Source: Nibricoccus sp.
Lineage (GTDB): Bacteria > Verrucomicrobiota > Verrucomicrobiia > Opitutales > Opitutaceae
DNA: 64,000 nucleotides
NCBI GenBank assembly: GCA_047602425.1
Contig: JASGHG010000001.1
Location: forward strand, 96,001 to 160,000
Reading direction: 5' to 3'
Positions 29,398-38,688 of the stretch are shown piece by piece. A program made the position numbers and the translations under genes. Within the stretch, counting starts at the first letter, position 1. Each line of letters starts with the position of its first letter. Under the pieces are notes generated by a model. The model did no database searches. It saw nothing but the letters and a program-made list of their open reading frames with translations, and was not told the DNA's origin.

Positions 29398-32190
29398 GTG
29401 ACTAACTTTGTCCGGGTTCTTCTTTTGGCGAACGCCGTGCTCGCACCGTGGACTGCCTTTTCGCAGACCGCCACGATGCCCGTGATTGAAATTCGCAGCG
29501 GACAATTCGCGGTCGTGCAGCCCGGCGAATTCTTTTCCGCCACACTGGCGGTTCGGTTCAACACGCTTGTTGCCGGGACATGGCGGGACCGGTTGGTTGT
29601 TCCCGAGGGATGGAATGTATTATCGCCCGTCGACCTCCCTTTTACGCCCACCGGTGCCGAGGAGGTTCGCCTCATCGCCGTGGCCGTGCCTCGTGCCGCC
29701 CCAGAGGGCAATTACACGCTTCACTACGTCGTGAGCGCCGAATCCGATCCCACACGCGAACTCGCACGCGCGGAATTCACGGTAAACGTTCCAAAGATAT
29801 CGACGCTCGAAATCAAATCCGAGCTGACGCCGGACTGGGCAATCGCTGGCGAAAAAGTTTCTGTCGCCTGGCGGCTTTCCAACCGGGGAAATCATTCCCT
29901 GCGCATCGACCTCAAGGCCCGCAGCACGCTCGACTACGCCACTACGCTCGCGCCCGCGCAGCTCCAACTCAGCCCGGGAGAAAGCGCCGTTGTCACCGGC
30001 GAGGTTGCAATCCCGCCAAATCTCCGGCGCGAGCAAAACCACGCCTTCCTGCTCGATGCTCGCGTCCACGACGGCACGCAAGTCACCCAGCGCACCACTT
30101 CGATCAGCACGCGGATTATTCCGCGCTTCACCTCCGAGGCTGACTTCGATGACAACCTGAAACTTTCGCTACGCACCAACGCGATCTCGCGCAGAAACGG
30201 CGAGCGCGAAGCCACCGGGCTGCAAACCGAGTTGTTCGGCCGCGGTTTCCTCGACGTCGCGTGCGCCCAACAATTCGATTTCCTCCTGCGTCCCGCTCCC
30301 CTCTCTGGTCCGAACAATGGTCTGCTGCCTCACGAGCAGTATACGTTGAATTACCGCAGCAAAACGCTCGACCTGCTCCTCGGCGACAATCTCTACGCGC
30401 TTTCGCCACTCACCCAGCGCTGGCTTTTCGGCCGGGGTGCCGGCGCTGAGTACCATCGGGCGCCGCTGGCCGTCGGTAGTTACCACGCCACTACACCCTG
30501 GCAGTCGATCGAGTCACGTCAGACCGGCGCCTTTCTGCAATACGACACCTCAGCGAGGCAGCGCCTGCGCGCCAATTTCCTCGACCAGACCACCGAGGAC
30601 CAGTCGGCCTGGGCCGAACCACACGCCAGGCTTTCAAGTCTGCAATGGTTTGCGCGTCCAAGCCCAACAAGTTCGTTCGAAGCCGAGGGCGCCACGAGCG
30701 ATAACAACCAGCACGCGAACGGCGACGCTTACCGGGCCCGGTGGCACGGGCGGGCCGGCTCCAGTTTTTTCTACGATCTCGAACGCATCTATGCCTCGCC
30801 CGACTACTTTGGCTACTACCGCGACCTGAAATCGACCACAGGAAACGCGACGTGGCAGATCGATCCACGTTGGCAAACCCATGCCTCGTTTCAGACAACC
30901 GAAACCAATCTCTCCCTGGACAAAAGGAAGGGCTACGCCCCCGTCACGCGCACTACGACCGCGGGTGTCGATCGCACCATTTCCGACCGGTTCAGCGCCT
31001 CGCTCGACTATAACTTGACCGACTTCGAGTATCGGATTTCCGGATACCAACCTGACTTCACGCAGGAAACTGCCACGCTCGGCGGCCTGTGGCACACCGG
31101 CCTTTTCAGCATTCGGGCGGCCTTCGAGGCCGGGCAGAAACGCCTCGCCACCCTGCCCGCCAGATCCTCCGAGCTTCAGCGTTTCACGCTCTTGGTTTAC
31201 GCGCGCCCAAAACCCACGAGCACCTACTCGCTCTATCTCGGCACGGGCGACAGCCGCTACAATCCCACCGCGCAACGTGAAACAACGATCGTCGGCACCG
31301 CCCAATGGTTGTTGAGCGAAGGTTTTTCCGCGCGGGCCGCCCTCTCCTATAACCGCTACCAAACCACGCGGATCTTCAGCAGCAACGCCGCCGACCTAAA
31401 TCTCTCCTACGATTTCCTTCGCGGTTCGAACGTTCAACTCGGTTTCCGCGTCGCCGAACAAAACAATCGGCAGACCGACCGCACCGTCGCGCTCTCCTAC
31501 ACACTGCCGCTACACGTGCGCACACCGAACCAGCGAAACAGAGGTAGTCTTGAAGGTGTTTTGACGCTGCCGACCGCAACCGGCCCCAAACCTCTCGCTG
31601 GCGTCATCGTGCGGCTCGACCGCTTCCAAGCCGCCACGGACCGGGAAGGGCGCTTTGTTTTCCCGTACTTGAAACCCGGTCGTTACACTCTGTCCGTCGA
31701 CCCGGCTTCGCTCAGCCCCGGCCTCGTGCTCGAGGACAGCCGCCCGGTGCTGACCACCATCGAGCGCGGCCAACGTGCGCGAGTTGAACTCCGGGCGATC
31801 CGTGCCGCACGCATCGATGGCGAAATCGCGCTCTACGCCGCGCACGAAAAGAATGTCGTGCTCTCGACCGACCCGTCCGCATCGTCGGAAGAACTGAGCA
31901 AAACCACCCAACTGCGCCAAATGCTCGTGGAGTTGCAGGGTCCCGATGGCGCGAAACGCCGCACCGTCACCGACGCTTGGGGCCGCTTCACTTTCGACCG
32001 ACTTCCACCCGGCGAATGGACCTTGCGGTTCGATGACCAGGCCGTTCCACCATGGCACCAATTGGAAAGAAAAGAGTTCGTGGTGAAACTCGCCTCCGGG
32101 GACACCGTCCAAATCGGGGCCCGCGTCCTTCCCGTGCACCGCCCTTTCAAAATGATCGACGATGGCTGGATCGGCCTGAGCGCGAAGTAA
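29398..32190 (+). CDS. Large outer-membrane usher-like protein
   Basis: GTG directly after the previous stop; signal peptide; N-terminal Ig-like segments (LSNRGN...LSPGES); central aromatic-rich amphipathic strands; two C-terminal carboxypeptidase-regulatory-like repeats (TDREGRFVFPYLKPGRYTL, TDAWGRFTFDRLPPGEWTL). Confidence 0.65.
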   Translation: MTNFVRVLLLANAVLAPWTAFSQTATMPVIEIRSGQFAVVQPGEFFSATLAVRFNTLVAGTWRDRLVVPEGWNVLSPVDLPFTPTGAEEVRLIAVAVPRAAPEGNYTLHYVVSAESDPTRELARAEFTVNVPKISTLEIKSELTPDWAIAGEKVSVAWRLSNRGNHSLRIDLKARSTLDYATTLAPAQLQLSPGESAVVTGEVAIPPNLRREQNHAFLLDARVHDGTQVTQRTTSISTRIIPRFTSEADFDDNLKLSLRTNAISRRNGEREATGLQTELFGRGFLDVACAQQFDFLLRPAPLSGPNNGLLPHEQYTLNYRSKTLDLLLGDNLYALSPLTQRWLFGRGAGAEYHRAPLAVGSYHATTPWQSIESRQTGAFLQYDTSARQRLRANFLDQTTEDQSAWAEPHARLSSLQWFARPSPTSSFEAEGATSDNNQHANGDAYRARWHGRAGSSFFYDLERIYASPDYFGYYRDLKSTTGNATWQIDPRWQTHASFQTTETNLSLDKRKGYAPVTRTTTAGVDRTISDRFSASLDYNLTDFEYRISGYQPDFTQETATLGGLWHTGLFSIRAAFEAGQKRLATLPARSSELQRFTLLVYARPKPTSTYSLYLGTGDSRYNPTAQRETTIVGTAQWLLSEGFSARAALSYNRYQTTRIFSSNAADLNLSYDFLRGSNVQLGFRVAEQNNRQTDRTVALSYTLPLHVRTPNQRNRGSLEGVLTLPTATGPKPLAGVIVRLDRFQAATDREGRFVFPYLKPGRYTLSVDPASLSPGLVLEDSRPVLTTIERGQRARVELRAIRAARIDGEIALYAAHEKNVVLSTDPSASSEELSKTTQLRQMLVELQGPDGAKRRTVTDAWGRFTFDRLPPGEWTLRFDDQAVPPWHQLERKEFVVKLASGDTVQIGARVLPVHRPFKMIDDGWIGLSAK

Positions 32191-32328
32191 GCGCCAGGCA
32201 TCCTCAACCTTCGCTCCGGCAACGTCCGCTCTAGCTCCTAAGCCCCTGAACGGCAGCAGATATTTTCTGACCCGCAACAGGTGGAATCGTCGAGGCGGCA
32301 AATGGCACAATGCCCTCTCTACCGCACG

Positions 32329-34488
32329 ATGAAATTCCACCAGCTCGCCCTCCGGACATCACACAACCATCCCACAAGATCCAAAGCTTTCGCGCTCCTG
32401 GCCAGTGCACTCGCCTGCCTTTGCCTGTCGAGCCAAGCCGGCGCCCAGGAGCAACTGGCTGCGACCGAAACCGCGACCGAGACGCAAACGCTCGACAAGC
32501 TCATCATCACCACCAAGCGCGAACATCGCACCTCCAAAGGAGCGACCAATCTGCCTCTCACGCTCAAGGACACCCCGCAATCGATCAGCACGATCGATCA
32601 GGATGCCTTGCGCGATTTCGGTACCACCGACACCAACGACGCCCTGCGCCTCGGCACCGGCATCACCGTCGACGCTTGGGAAACCAACCGCACTTCCTAC
32701 AACGCCCGCGGCTTCGACATCATGCTGACTCAGGTCGACGGTCTGGGCATGACCAATGACTGGGGCCTCGTCGTCGGCCAGCAAGACACCTACCTTTTCG
32801 ATCGCATCGAACTGATCCGCGGAGCCAATGGCCTCCTCACCGGCGTGGGCAACGCCTCCGGCACCATCAACTACGTGCGCAAGCGCCCGATCAACCACGA
32901 CGGCGGCGAAGTCGTCGGCCGAGTCGGCTCGAATGATCTCATGCGTCTCGCTGTCGACTATAACAAGGTGCTCACCGCCAACGGTGCTTGGGCCGCACGT
33001 CTGGTCGTCGCGTACGACGACAAGGATTCCTACCTGCGCGCGCTGCACGATCGCCGCACCACCACTTACGGCGTGGTCGAAGGTCAGCTCGGCTCGTCGG
33101 GCGTGCTCACCGCGGGCTTCACCTACACCGACTCCCAGCAGCGCTCGCCCATGTGGGGTTCGTTAACACTCATGCGCGCCGACGGCACGCAAGCCGAGTT
33201 CGATACCTCCGCCTCAACCTCACAGGACTGGGCCAATTGGGAGCTGCGCTCCTCCAGCGCTTTCATCGAGTACGCACACACGCTCTCCAGCGACTGGGAA
33301 GCCAAGCTCATCTATAACCACCGCCGCGGCGACGAAGCCGTCAAACTTTTCTACGCCTACACCTTCACCGGCGCGCTCAATCCCGACTACACGGGCTTGT
33401 ATGCCTGGCCTTACCGCAGCGATTCGGACTCCCGCAGCGACATCTTCGACGCCAACCTCAACGGCCACTTCCATGCCTTCGATCGCAGCCACGAAGTTAT
33501 CGCCGGCCTCAGTCTTTCAAAGCAAAAAAATTATTCCGAATACTACTCCATCGTCAGTTCTCCCAACGCGGTTCTCCCGGCCTTCCCCTATGCCGGCAAC
33601 ATCTATGCCGAACCAATCTGGGGCACAACCTCGGTCGGCTCCGACGGCAATCAGCAACTCGCTCGCTTCTACGCCGCCACACGCCTCGCCTTGACGAACC
33701 ACTTGAAAGGTATCGCCGGCCTCAACGCCATCCGCCTCAAGCGCGACGGCACATCGATCTACGGCGGAGGTGTTAACCTCGACAACGAAACCACCAAAAA
33801 AGTCAGCCCCTACGCAGGCCTCACTTACGACCTCACCTCCGACCTCCTTGCCTACGCCTCTTACTCCGACATCTTCCAGGCCCAGGACCAGCGCGACGTC
33901 AATGGACGCTTCCTCGCTCCGATGAAAGGCGTCAACGCCGAAGTCGGCCTCAAAGCCGAGTGGCTGAAACGCCGCCTCCTGACAACCGTTGCCGTCTTCG
34001 ACGCCAAGCAGATCGGCCTCGCCACCGAGGACGGTTTCGATCCGGTTGCGCAGCAATCCTACTATGCCCCGAAGGACGTGAAATCGCGCGGCCTCGAGTT
34101 CGAAGTCACGGGCCGCGTCGGCCCGCACACCAACCTGACCGCCGGGTTCACGCGCCTGAAACTCACCGGCCCCGACGGCAACGACATCTACGAATGGGTC
34201 CCCCGCACCATTGTCAGCCTTCGCGCCGATACTCGCCTGCCGTTTCTGCCTAAGCTCAAGTTCGGCGCCGCCCTGCGCTGGCAATCCGATGTGTTCAAAA
34301 AACTCGCCGTACGACAAGACTCGTACGCGATCATCAACACCTTCGCCGCCTACGAGCTGACCGACGCCGCCACCCTACGCCTCAATGTGGACAACCTCGC
34401 CGACAAGAAATACCTCCGCACCGTGCAATTCGGCGCCATCTACGGCGCCCCCCGCCAATTCTCGCTCACCCTCGAGTACAAGCTCTAA
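32329..34488 (+). CDS. TonB-dependent siderophore receptor (FhuE/FpvA-like)
   Basis: LPLTLKDTPQSIS, ARGF, DRIELIRGANGLLTGVGNASGTINYVRKRP, PYAGLTYDL, C-terminal NLADKKY...YGAPRQFSLTLEYKL. Confidence 0.92.
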   Translation: MKFHQLALRTSHNHPTRSKAFALLASALACLCLSSQAGAQEQLAATETATETQTLDKLIITTKREHRTSKGATNLPLTLKDTPQSISTIDQDALRDFGTTDTNDALRLGTGITVDAWETNRTSYNARGFDIMLTQVDGLGMTNDWGLVVGQQDTYLFDRIELIRGANGLLTGVGNASGTINYVRKRPINHDGGEVVGRVGSNDLMRLAVDYNKVLTANGAWAARLVVAYDDKDSYLRALHDRRTTTYGVVEGQLGSSGVLTAGFTYTDSQQRSPMWGSLTLMRADGTQAEFDTSASTSQDWANWELRSSSAFIEYAHTLSSDWEAKLIYNHRRGDEAVKLFYAYTFTGALNPDYTGLYAWPYRSDSDSRSDIFDANLNGHFHAFDRSHEVIAGLSLSKQKNYSEYYSIVSSPNAVLPAFPYAGNIYAEPIWGTTSVGSDGNQQLARFYAATRLALTNHLKGIAGLNAIRLKRDGTSIYGGGVNLDNETTKKVSPYAGLTYDLTSDLLAYASYSDIFQAQDQRDVNGRFLAPMKGVNAEVGLKAEWLKRRLLTTVAVFDAKQIGLATEDGFDPVAQQSYYAPKDVKSRGLEFEVTGRVGPHTNLTAGFTRLKLTGPDGNDIYEWVPRTIVSLRADTRLPFLPKLKFGAALRWQSDVFKKLAVRQDSYAIINTFAAYELTDAATLRLNVDNLADKKYLRTVQFGAIYGAPRQFSLTLEYKL

Positions 34489-34506
34489 CAAATCGCCAGA
34501 CGCCCA

Positions 34507-34531
34507 CCCGCGACGCAGTCAACGTCGCGGG
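34507..34531 (+). terminator. GC-rich hairpin after the receptor gene (no U-tract)
   Basis: CCCGCGACG-cagtcaa-CGTCGCGGG, 9-bp perfect stem 18 bp after the stop. Confidence 0.4.
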
Positions 34532-34743
34532 CCCACGGATCGAAGGTGGAGCGTCTTGACCTCAAGACGCTGGTTCGAAAAAAGCTCGAACCAACCAACG
34601 CATTGATGTCTGCCGAGCCGCAACGACATCAGATAAGCGTTCTACCTCAGTCTGGAGGATATTAAGATTCGATCCGAGTTTTCGCGCCAACGAAGGATTA
34701 TTCGACTTCGCCAAAGCTAAGCTGGACCGTCGGCCGTTCGTTT

Positions 34744-34796
34744 GTGCAAAGTGCAAAGTTTGACCCCATTTCACTTCCTGACCCCATTTCACTTCC
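34744..34796. repeat. Exact 18-bp tandem duplication preceded by a heptamer doublet
   Basis: GTGCAAA x2 (34744-34757), then TGACCCCATTTCACTTCC x2 (34761-34796). Confidence 0.85.
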
Positions 34797-34797
34797 T

Positions 34798-35067
34798 ATG
34801 ACTGAGGAGCTCCGTGCCAAAAAATACCTCCTCCTCCGAATGCCCATCCCCGAAATTGAAAGGATCCGCGCTGACTACGAGAATGCTCGGTTACAAAAGC
34901 AAATTTTTGGACTCAGTAAATACGCACTCGCGGGTGCCGGCATGGTCGAGCTGCCTCCAACATTGGGTCTCGTCCCGTTAAATGAAGACAGCGTGAAGTG
35001 TCGGGGCAATTGGAACTCGATCAACAAGGACCTACTGAATCTGCTTGGCATCGCTCATCATTTGTAG
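34798..35067 (+). CDS. Hypothetical protein, possibly the 3' remnant of a truncated gene
   Basis: 89-aa ORF starting 1 bp after the 18-bp duplication; no recognisable motif. Confidence 0.4.
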   Translation: MTEELRAKKYLLLRMPIPEIERIRADYENARLQKQIFGLSKYALAGAGMVELPPTLGLVPLNEDSVKCRGNWNSINKDLLNLLGIAHHL

Positions 35068-35105
35068 ATAAGCATTTGAGGGGTTCTCCAGCAATAACAC
35101 CTAAT

Positions 35106-35987
35106 ATGCCGAAAGTAATCTGCTTTGCGAACATGAAGGGGGGCGTCGGCAAAACAACGCTCTGTGTTAACCTCGCTTTTGAGATGTTTCTCACGGGGAA
35201 GAACGTCCTCATCGTCGATAATGATCCCCAGTTTAACGCCACGAGTGCCTTGCTCAAACCAGCAAAGTACTTGGACGACGTACTGAAGAACGAGACACGG
35301 AGCACGATCTATCACGTGTACGAAAAGGAACCTCGTGTTCTTGGAGCGAAGCCGAAAGCGCGGGATCCTCAAAGTTTCCTGTTTTCACGCTACAAGCTCA
35401 GATCCGGCAAAGGGCAACTGAGCGTTATCCCGTCCCAGATCGAACTCTACGAGACTTTGCGGAACCCTTCACAAAAAGAGTATCTGCTCGATCGTTTCTT
35501 AACCAATCATTGTTCACACTTCGACTACATCTTCATCGACTGCCCACCTACTCCGAGCGTGCTTACGCTTAGCGCATTTGCGGCTAGTGATTATGTCATC
35601 ATCCCAGTGCGCCCTGACTATTATTCCACCTTAGGGTTACCGCAGTTTCTCGGAACCTTGGAGGACTTCAAAGAAGATCAGGTTGATGGACACAAAATCG
35701 ATCCCCTGGGCGTCGTATTCACCAATGTCCCTCGGGTAAAATCACCGGAAACAGTAGCATCGATGAGGCGCGTGTCAGAAGCACTAGCCGCAGCACCATT
35801 CAACGTTCCGGTCTTTAAGCACCAAATGTCGTGCTACAAAGTTTACGAGAAAGCTCTGTGGCAGGCATCCCCCGTCAGCCAAGTGCGAGGTAAAGGCAGC
35901 GCAGCACGCGACGAAGCCGCGGCAGAATTACAGGGTATAGCGCTTGAGATGACCCAGTTGATTGACACTATTGCAAAGAAAAAATGA
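35106..35987 (+). CDS. Orphan ParA/Soj family ATPase
   Basis: Deviant Walker A NMKGGVGKTT, IVDNDPQFNAT, Walker B YIFIDCPP, AASDYVIIPV; no parB nearby. Confidence 0.92.
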   Translation: MPKVICFANMKGGVGKTTLCVNLAFEMFLTGKNVLIVDNDPQFNATSALLKPAKYLDDVLKNETRSTIYHVYEKEPRVLGAKPKARDPQSFLFSRYKLRSGKGQLSVIPSQIELYETLRNPSQKEYLLDRFLTNHCSHFDYIFIDCPPTPSVLTLSAFAASDYVIIPVRPDYYSTLGLPQFLGTLEDFKEDQVDGHKIDPLGVVFTNVPRVKSPETVASMRRVSEALAAAPFNVPVFKHQMSCYKVYEKALWQASPVSQVRGKGSAARDEAAAELQGIALEMTQLIDTIAKKK

Positions 35988-36526
35988 AGCAGCCCCCCTC
36001 AGGACTCCGTTTACTTCCTTTGATTGGATCCCTCAGCCCATCTGAGCTACGAAATCTGCGCGATATCGTAATATCAGAGGACAAGCGAGCTGCACTGCTC
36101 AGCCTCATAGAGTCGACGTTGCGGTTACACAGCAAAGGAGAGCAAATGGAGGTTGTGGACGCGGTGTATAGTGATCCCGCGCCCGCAGGGGAGTATTATT
36201 TGGTTCATCCAGACGAGGAAACATCTACCCAGCAGAAAGAGGCATTTTACATGCTCCTGATGGATCGAGGAGGCCTGCCGACTTCTCAAGACTTGATCCG
36301 CCTCGTTAATCGGATTTTGAACCTCGATTTACCTCCGCTTGAGGTAATGAAAAAGAGCCGCATGTCGATCATCGATCGTGCCTGGGATCGCTTCACCCAG
36401 CTCAGTAAAAAAGAAAAAAGTCGGATAATGAACGAGCTTTTGCGGCGCTTACCCGACGCAGCAAAAGGCAATTCTGAATACCAGCGGCTTTTCCGTTTTC
36501 TAACGCGAGATGAGCGCCGAGGTTGA
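35984..36526 (+). CDS. Hypothetical helical protein translationally coupled to ParA
   Basis: ATGA overlap with the ParA stop; 180 aa with a basic C-terminal half. Confidence 0.75.
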   Translation: MKQPPSGLRLLPLIGSLSPSELRNLRDIVISEDKRAALLSLIESTLRLHSKGEQMEVVDAVYSDPAPAGEYYLVHPDEETSTQQKEAFYMLLMDRGGLPTSQDLIRLVNRILNLDLPPLEVMKKSRMSIIDRAWDRFTQLSKKEKSRIMNELLRRLPDAAKGNSEYQRLFRFLTRDERRG

Positions 36527-37253
36527 GAAACAGGTTAAAGCTCTGGTCGCTGAGCGCATCAAGGCGCTAGAGGCAGAATGGGCAGTACCGGCAAGTGTTG
36601 TAGCAGCGGTCGAACCGCAGCTCCGACATGTGACAAAGATGCTTACTGGCGTTTGCTGCCTCGCGGGGTGCTTAGAAGGAAAACAACCGAGAGATGATTA
36701 TTTAATGCAGATCCCGGAGAACCTCTGGGTGGCCAGTATTCTCGCGCTTCGCGGTCACGTAAATGCAGCGAACGTCGCCGCTCGTCAGGCGATCGAACTG
36801 TTACTTAAACACCTCTACTTTTTGGATCATCCTGTGGAGTATCGGTGGGTCCAAACTGACGATAACCTGAAGGAATTCGGTTTTCAGTACCTTGTCGACT
36901 ACGTACAGCGTTTGCCGGAGTTCGATCGGTTTGAGGCGAAGAAACAGTGTGTGGACACTCTTTCTGCCGTTTTCGCAGAAACCAGCCGTTATGTTCATGT
37001 TCACAGCGCAAAATTTTTCAGCGGGGGTGGCGTCACGAAAAAGACCGAAGACGGGATTAAGTCCTTCAAGGAAGTTGGCGGTCGTCTGGAGAAAATAGTC
37101 CCGTGTATTTCCAGTCTCGTTACAGTGTATCAGTGGAATCACTACATGACCATCAGCCCGGCAGAGCAGAAAATGATCGCAATTTCGTGGAGTGCGCCGG
37201 TGAAGCAGGCAGTGTTGAGGTGGAAGCGAATCAACGACCTCGCTCGTACGTAG
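36510..37253 (+). CDS. Hypothetical protein, HEPN-like helical domain
   Basis: Overlaps the previous gene by 17 bp; ARQAIELLLKHLYFLDHPVE and ETSRYVHVH (Rx4H-compatible). The fold call is an inference. Confidence 0.65.
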   Translation: MSAEVEKQVKALVAERIKALEAEWAVPASVVAAVEPQLRHVTKMLTGVCCLAGCLEGKQPRDDYLMQIPENLWVASILALRGHVNAANVAARQAIELLLKHLYFLDHPVEYRWVQTDDNLKEFGFQYLVDYVQRLPEFDRFEAKKQCVDTLSAVFAETSRYVHVHSAKFFSGGGVTKKTEDGIKSFKEVGGRLEKIVPCISSLVTVYQWNHYMTISPAEQKMIAISWSAPVKQAVLRWKRINDLART

Positions 37254-37380
37254 GACAAGGAGCGCGGCACTGATGCCGTTACTTGCAGTCGCGATAGGCT
37301 TTCGAACAACGCTGAAGGCATTCGGCTCAGCAGCCGTGGGGTCTTTTATTCTTGTTACGTGTCCGCTCGTTTTGTTCCCG

Positions 37381-37917
37381 ATGAACCCTTCTCACCTCCG
37401 CCGACACGTCGAGCGTCTTAGATTTTCCTTTGAACTCGTTGACTGGGCGAACACCCGTTTTGAACTCCTAGCCAATCGGTACGTTGACGCGGGCTTTCCG
37501 GCATCCGATCGCGAATGGGTCGGCAAAGACTACGAAGCGGTATCAATGCTTTTGAAGTCAGGCAAAATCGATTTGCCCACTCTGAACGATGCCGATGGCA
37601 AAGCCATCTTCGCGCGGTTGGTGAATACCGAAAACTTCTCGTTCGCGATGAACAAAAGCCTACCCATTGCGAGCAGAATGGAATCACTGCTTTCTATGAT
37701 GAATGGTTTCCGCAATGTCCTCACGCGGTATTTGAACGAGGCCAACAAAGGTGCACCTCTAAATCGAGAACTTGCCGTACTCATGGGATTCTTGCTGCGC
37801 ATCGCATCCATTTCGGTAGCAGTCACCGACGAATTTATTCTCGCCCTACCTGACGACGATACCAAACCAATACGGCTGGAGGGCCTGGCGAAATTTCGCG
37901 CCTCGATTGCTATTTAA
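37381..37917 (+). CDS. Hypothetical protein (possibly nonsense-truncated; frame stays open to 38142)
   Basis: ORF from MNPSHLRRH; 74 further sense codons in the same frame after the TAA. Confidence 0.6.
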   Translation: MNPSHLRRHVERLRFSFELVDWANTRFELLANRYVDAGFPASDREWVGKDYEAVSMLLKSGKIDLPTLNDADGKAIFARLVNTENFSFAMNKSLPIASRMESLLSMMNGFRNVLTRYLNEANKGAPLNRELAVLMGFLLRIASISVAVTDEFILALPDDDTKPIRLEGLAKFRASIAI

Positions 37918-38230
37918 TATACTGGAGTAGAGCAGTCCTTTTCCGAAACTAACTTTTACAAGTACGAGGATCTGTCCGTGCTATTGATCGCAATTCGCGA
38001 CACTCTGCCTGACACCGCAAAAGCCTTGAGCAAAGAATTTAGAACCGAGTTGCGGTTAAAGCTCAGTAAGCGCTCCAAACAGTTCATCACGAAAGATGAC
38101 CAAGCCGCGCTGCAGTCGATTTTGATTGAACTGTCGAAATAGGAGATGGAAACCCTCCCGCGTCGCAATCGGCCGGAGCGGTGTTGACGTTTAGCTATGG
38201 TGCATAGCTCAACGCGTCACTTTGCAACCT

Positions 38231-38440
38231 ACATTCATACTCCGAATGCGGCCCGCCGACATCCAATTAGCCGCCACCGGAACCGGAATGAGCTCTACCG
38301 GACTCCAACCACGGACAATCGGAGTCCGGTAGAGCGCATTCGGACTTCGGTAGACCACATTCGGACTACAATTGCGCGCATTCGGAGTCTGAATGGGGTC
38401 GTTCGGACTTTGAATGAGCTCATCATGCAAGCGGATTGCG
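38231..38440. repeat. Degenerate 21-bp tandem array (~10 units) with palindromic consensus
   Basis: CGGA recurs at 38278, 38299, 38320, 38341, 38362, 38383 and 38404 (exact 21-bp period); consensus about GCATTCGGACTCCGAATGAGC. Confidence 0.8.
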
Positions 38441-38688
38441 CAATCTTTCTTGCAGGATGTTGGCATCTGGCGAGTTGTTCCCCTCGTACGGCTTTCGATT
38501 TAGCGACCGTCATGCAAAACATGTGCAACCGAACTATAAGAATAGAACCAATATTTCTATACAACAACTAATAGCCAAAACTAATTCTATTTATGCCGGA
38601 TCATTTTCCGCGAACTCCGTACTATTCGCCCCACAAGGCGGGACCATGGTGGTGCCGCCGCATCACACAAAATAGAAAGTATACTACC

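Noticed and set aside
32191..32328. Fur box or cobalamin riboswitch upstream of the TonB-dependent receptor
   Set aside because: No GATAATGATAATCATTATC-like site or B12-box consensus is recognisable.
35106..35987. Chromosome or plasmid partition locus (parABS)
   Set aside because: No ParB-like gene, canonical parS palindrome or replication gene was seen nearby.
38231..38440. CRISPR array
   Set aside because: Units are contiguous and degenerate with no unique spacers, and no cas genes are in the window.
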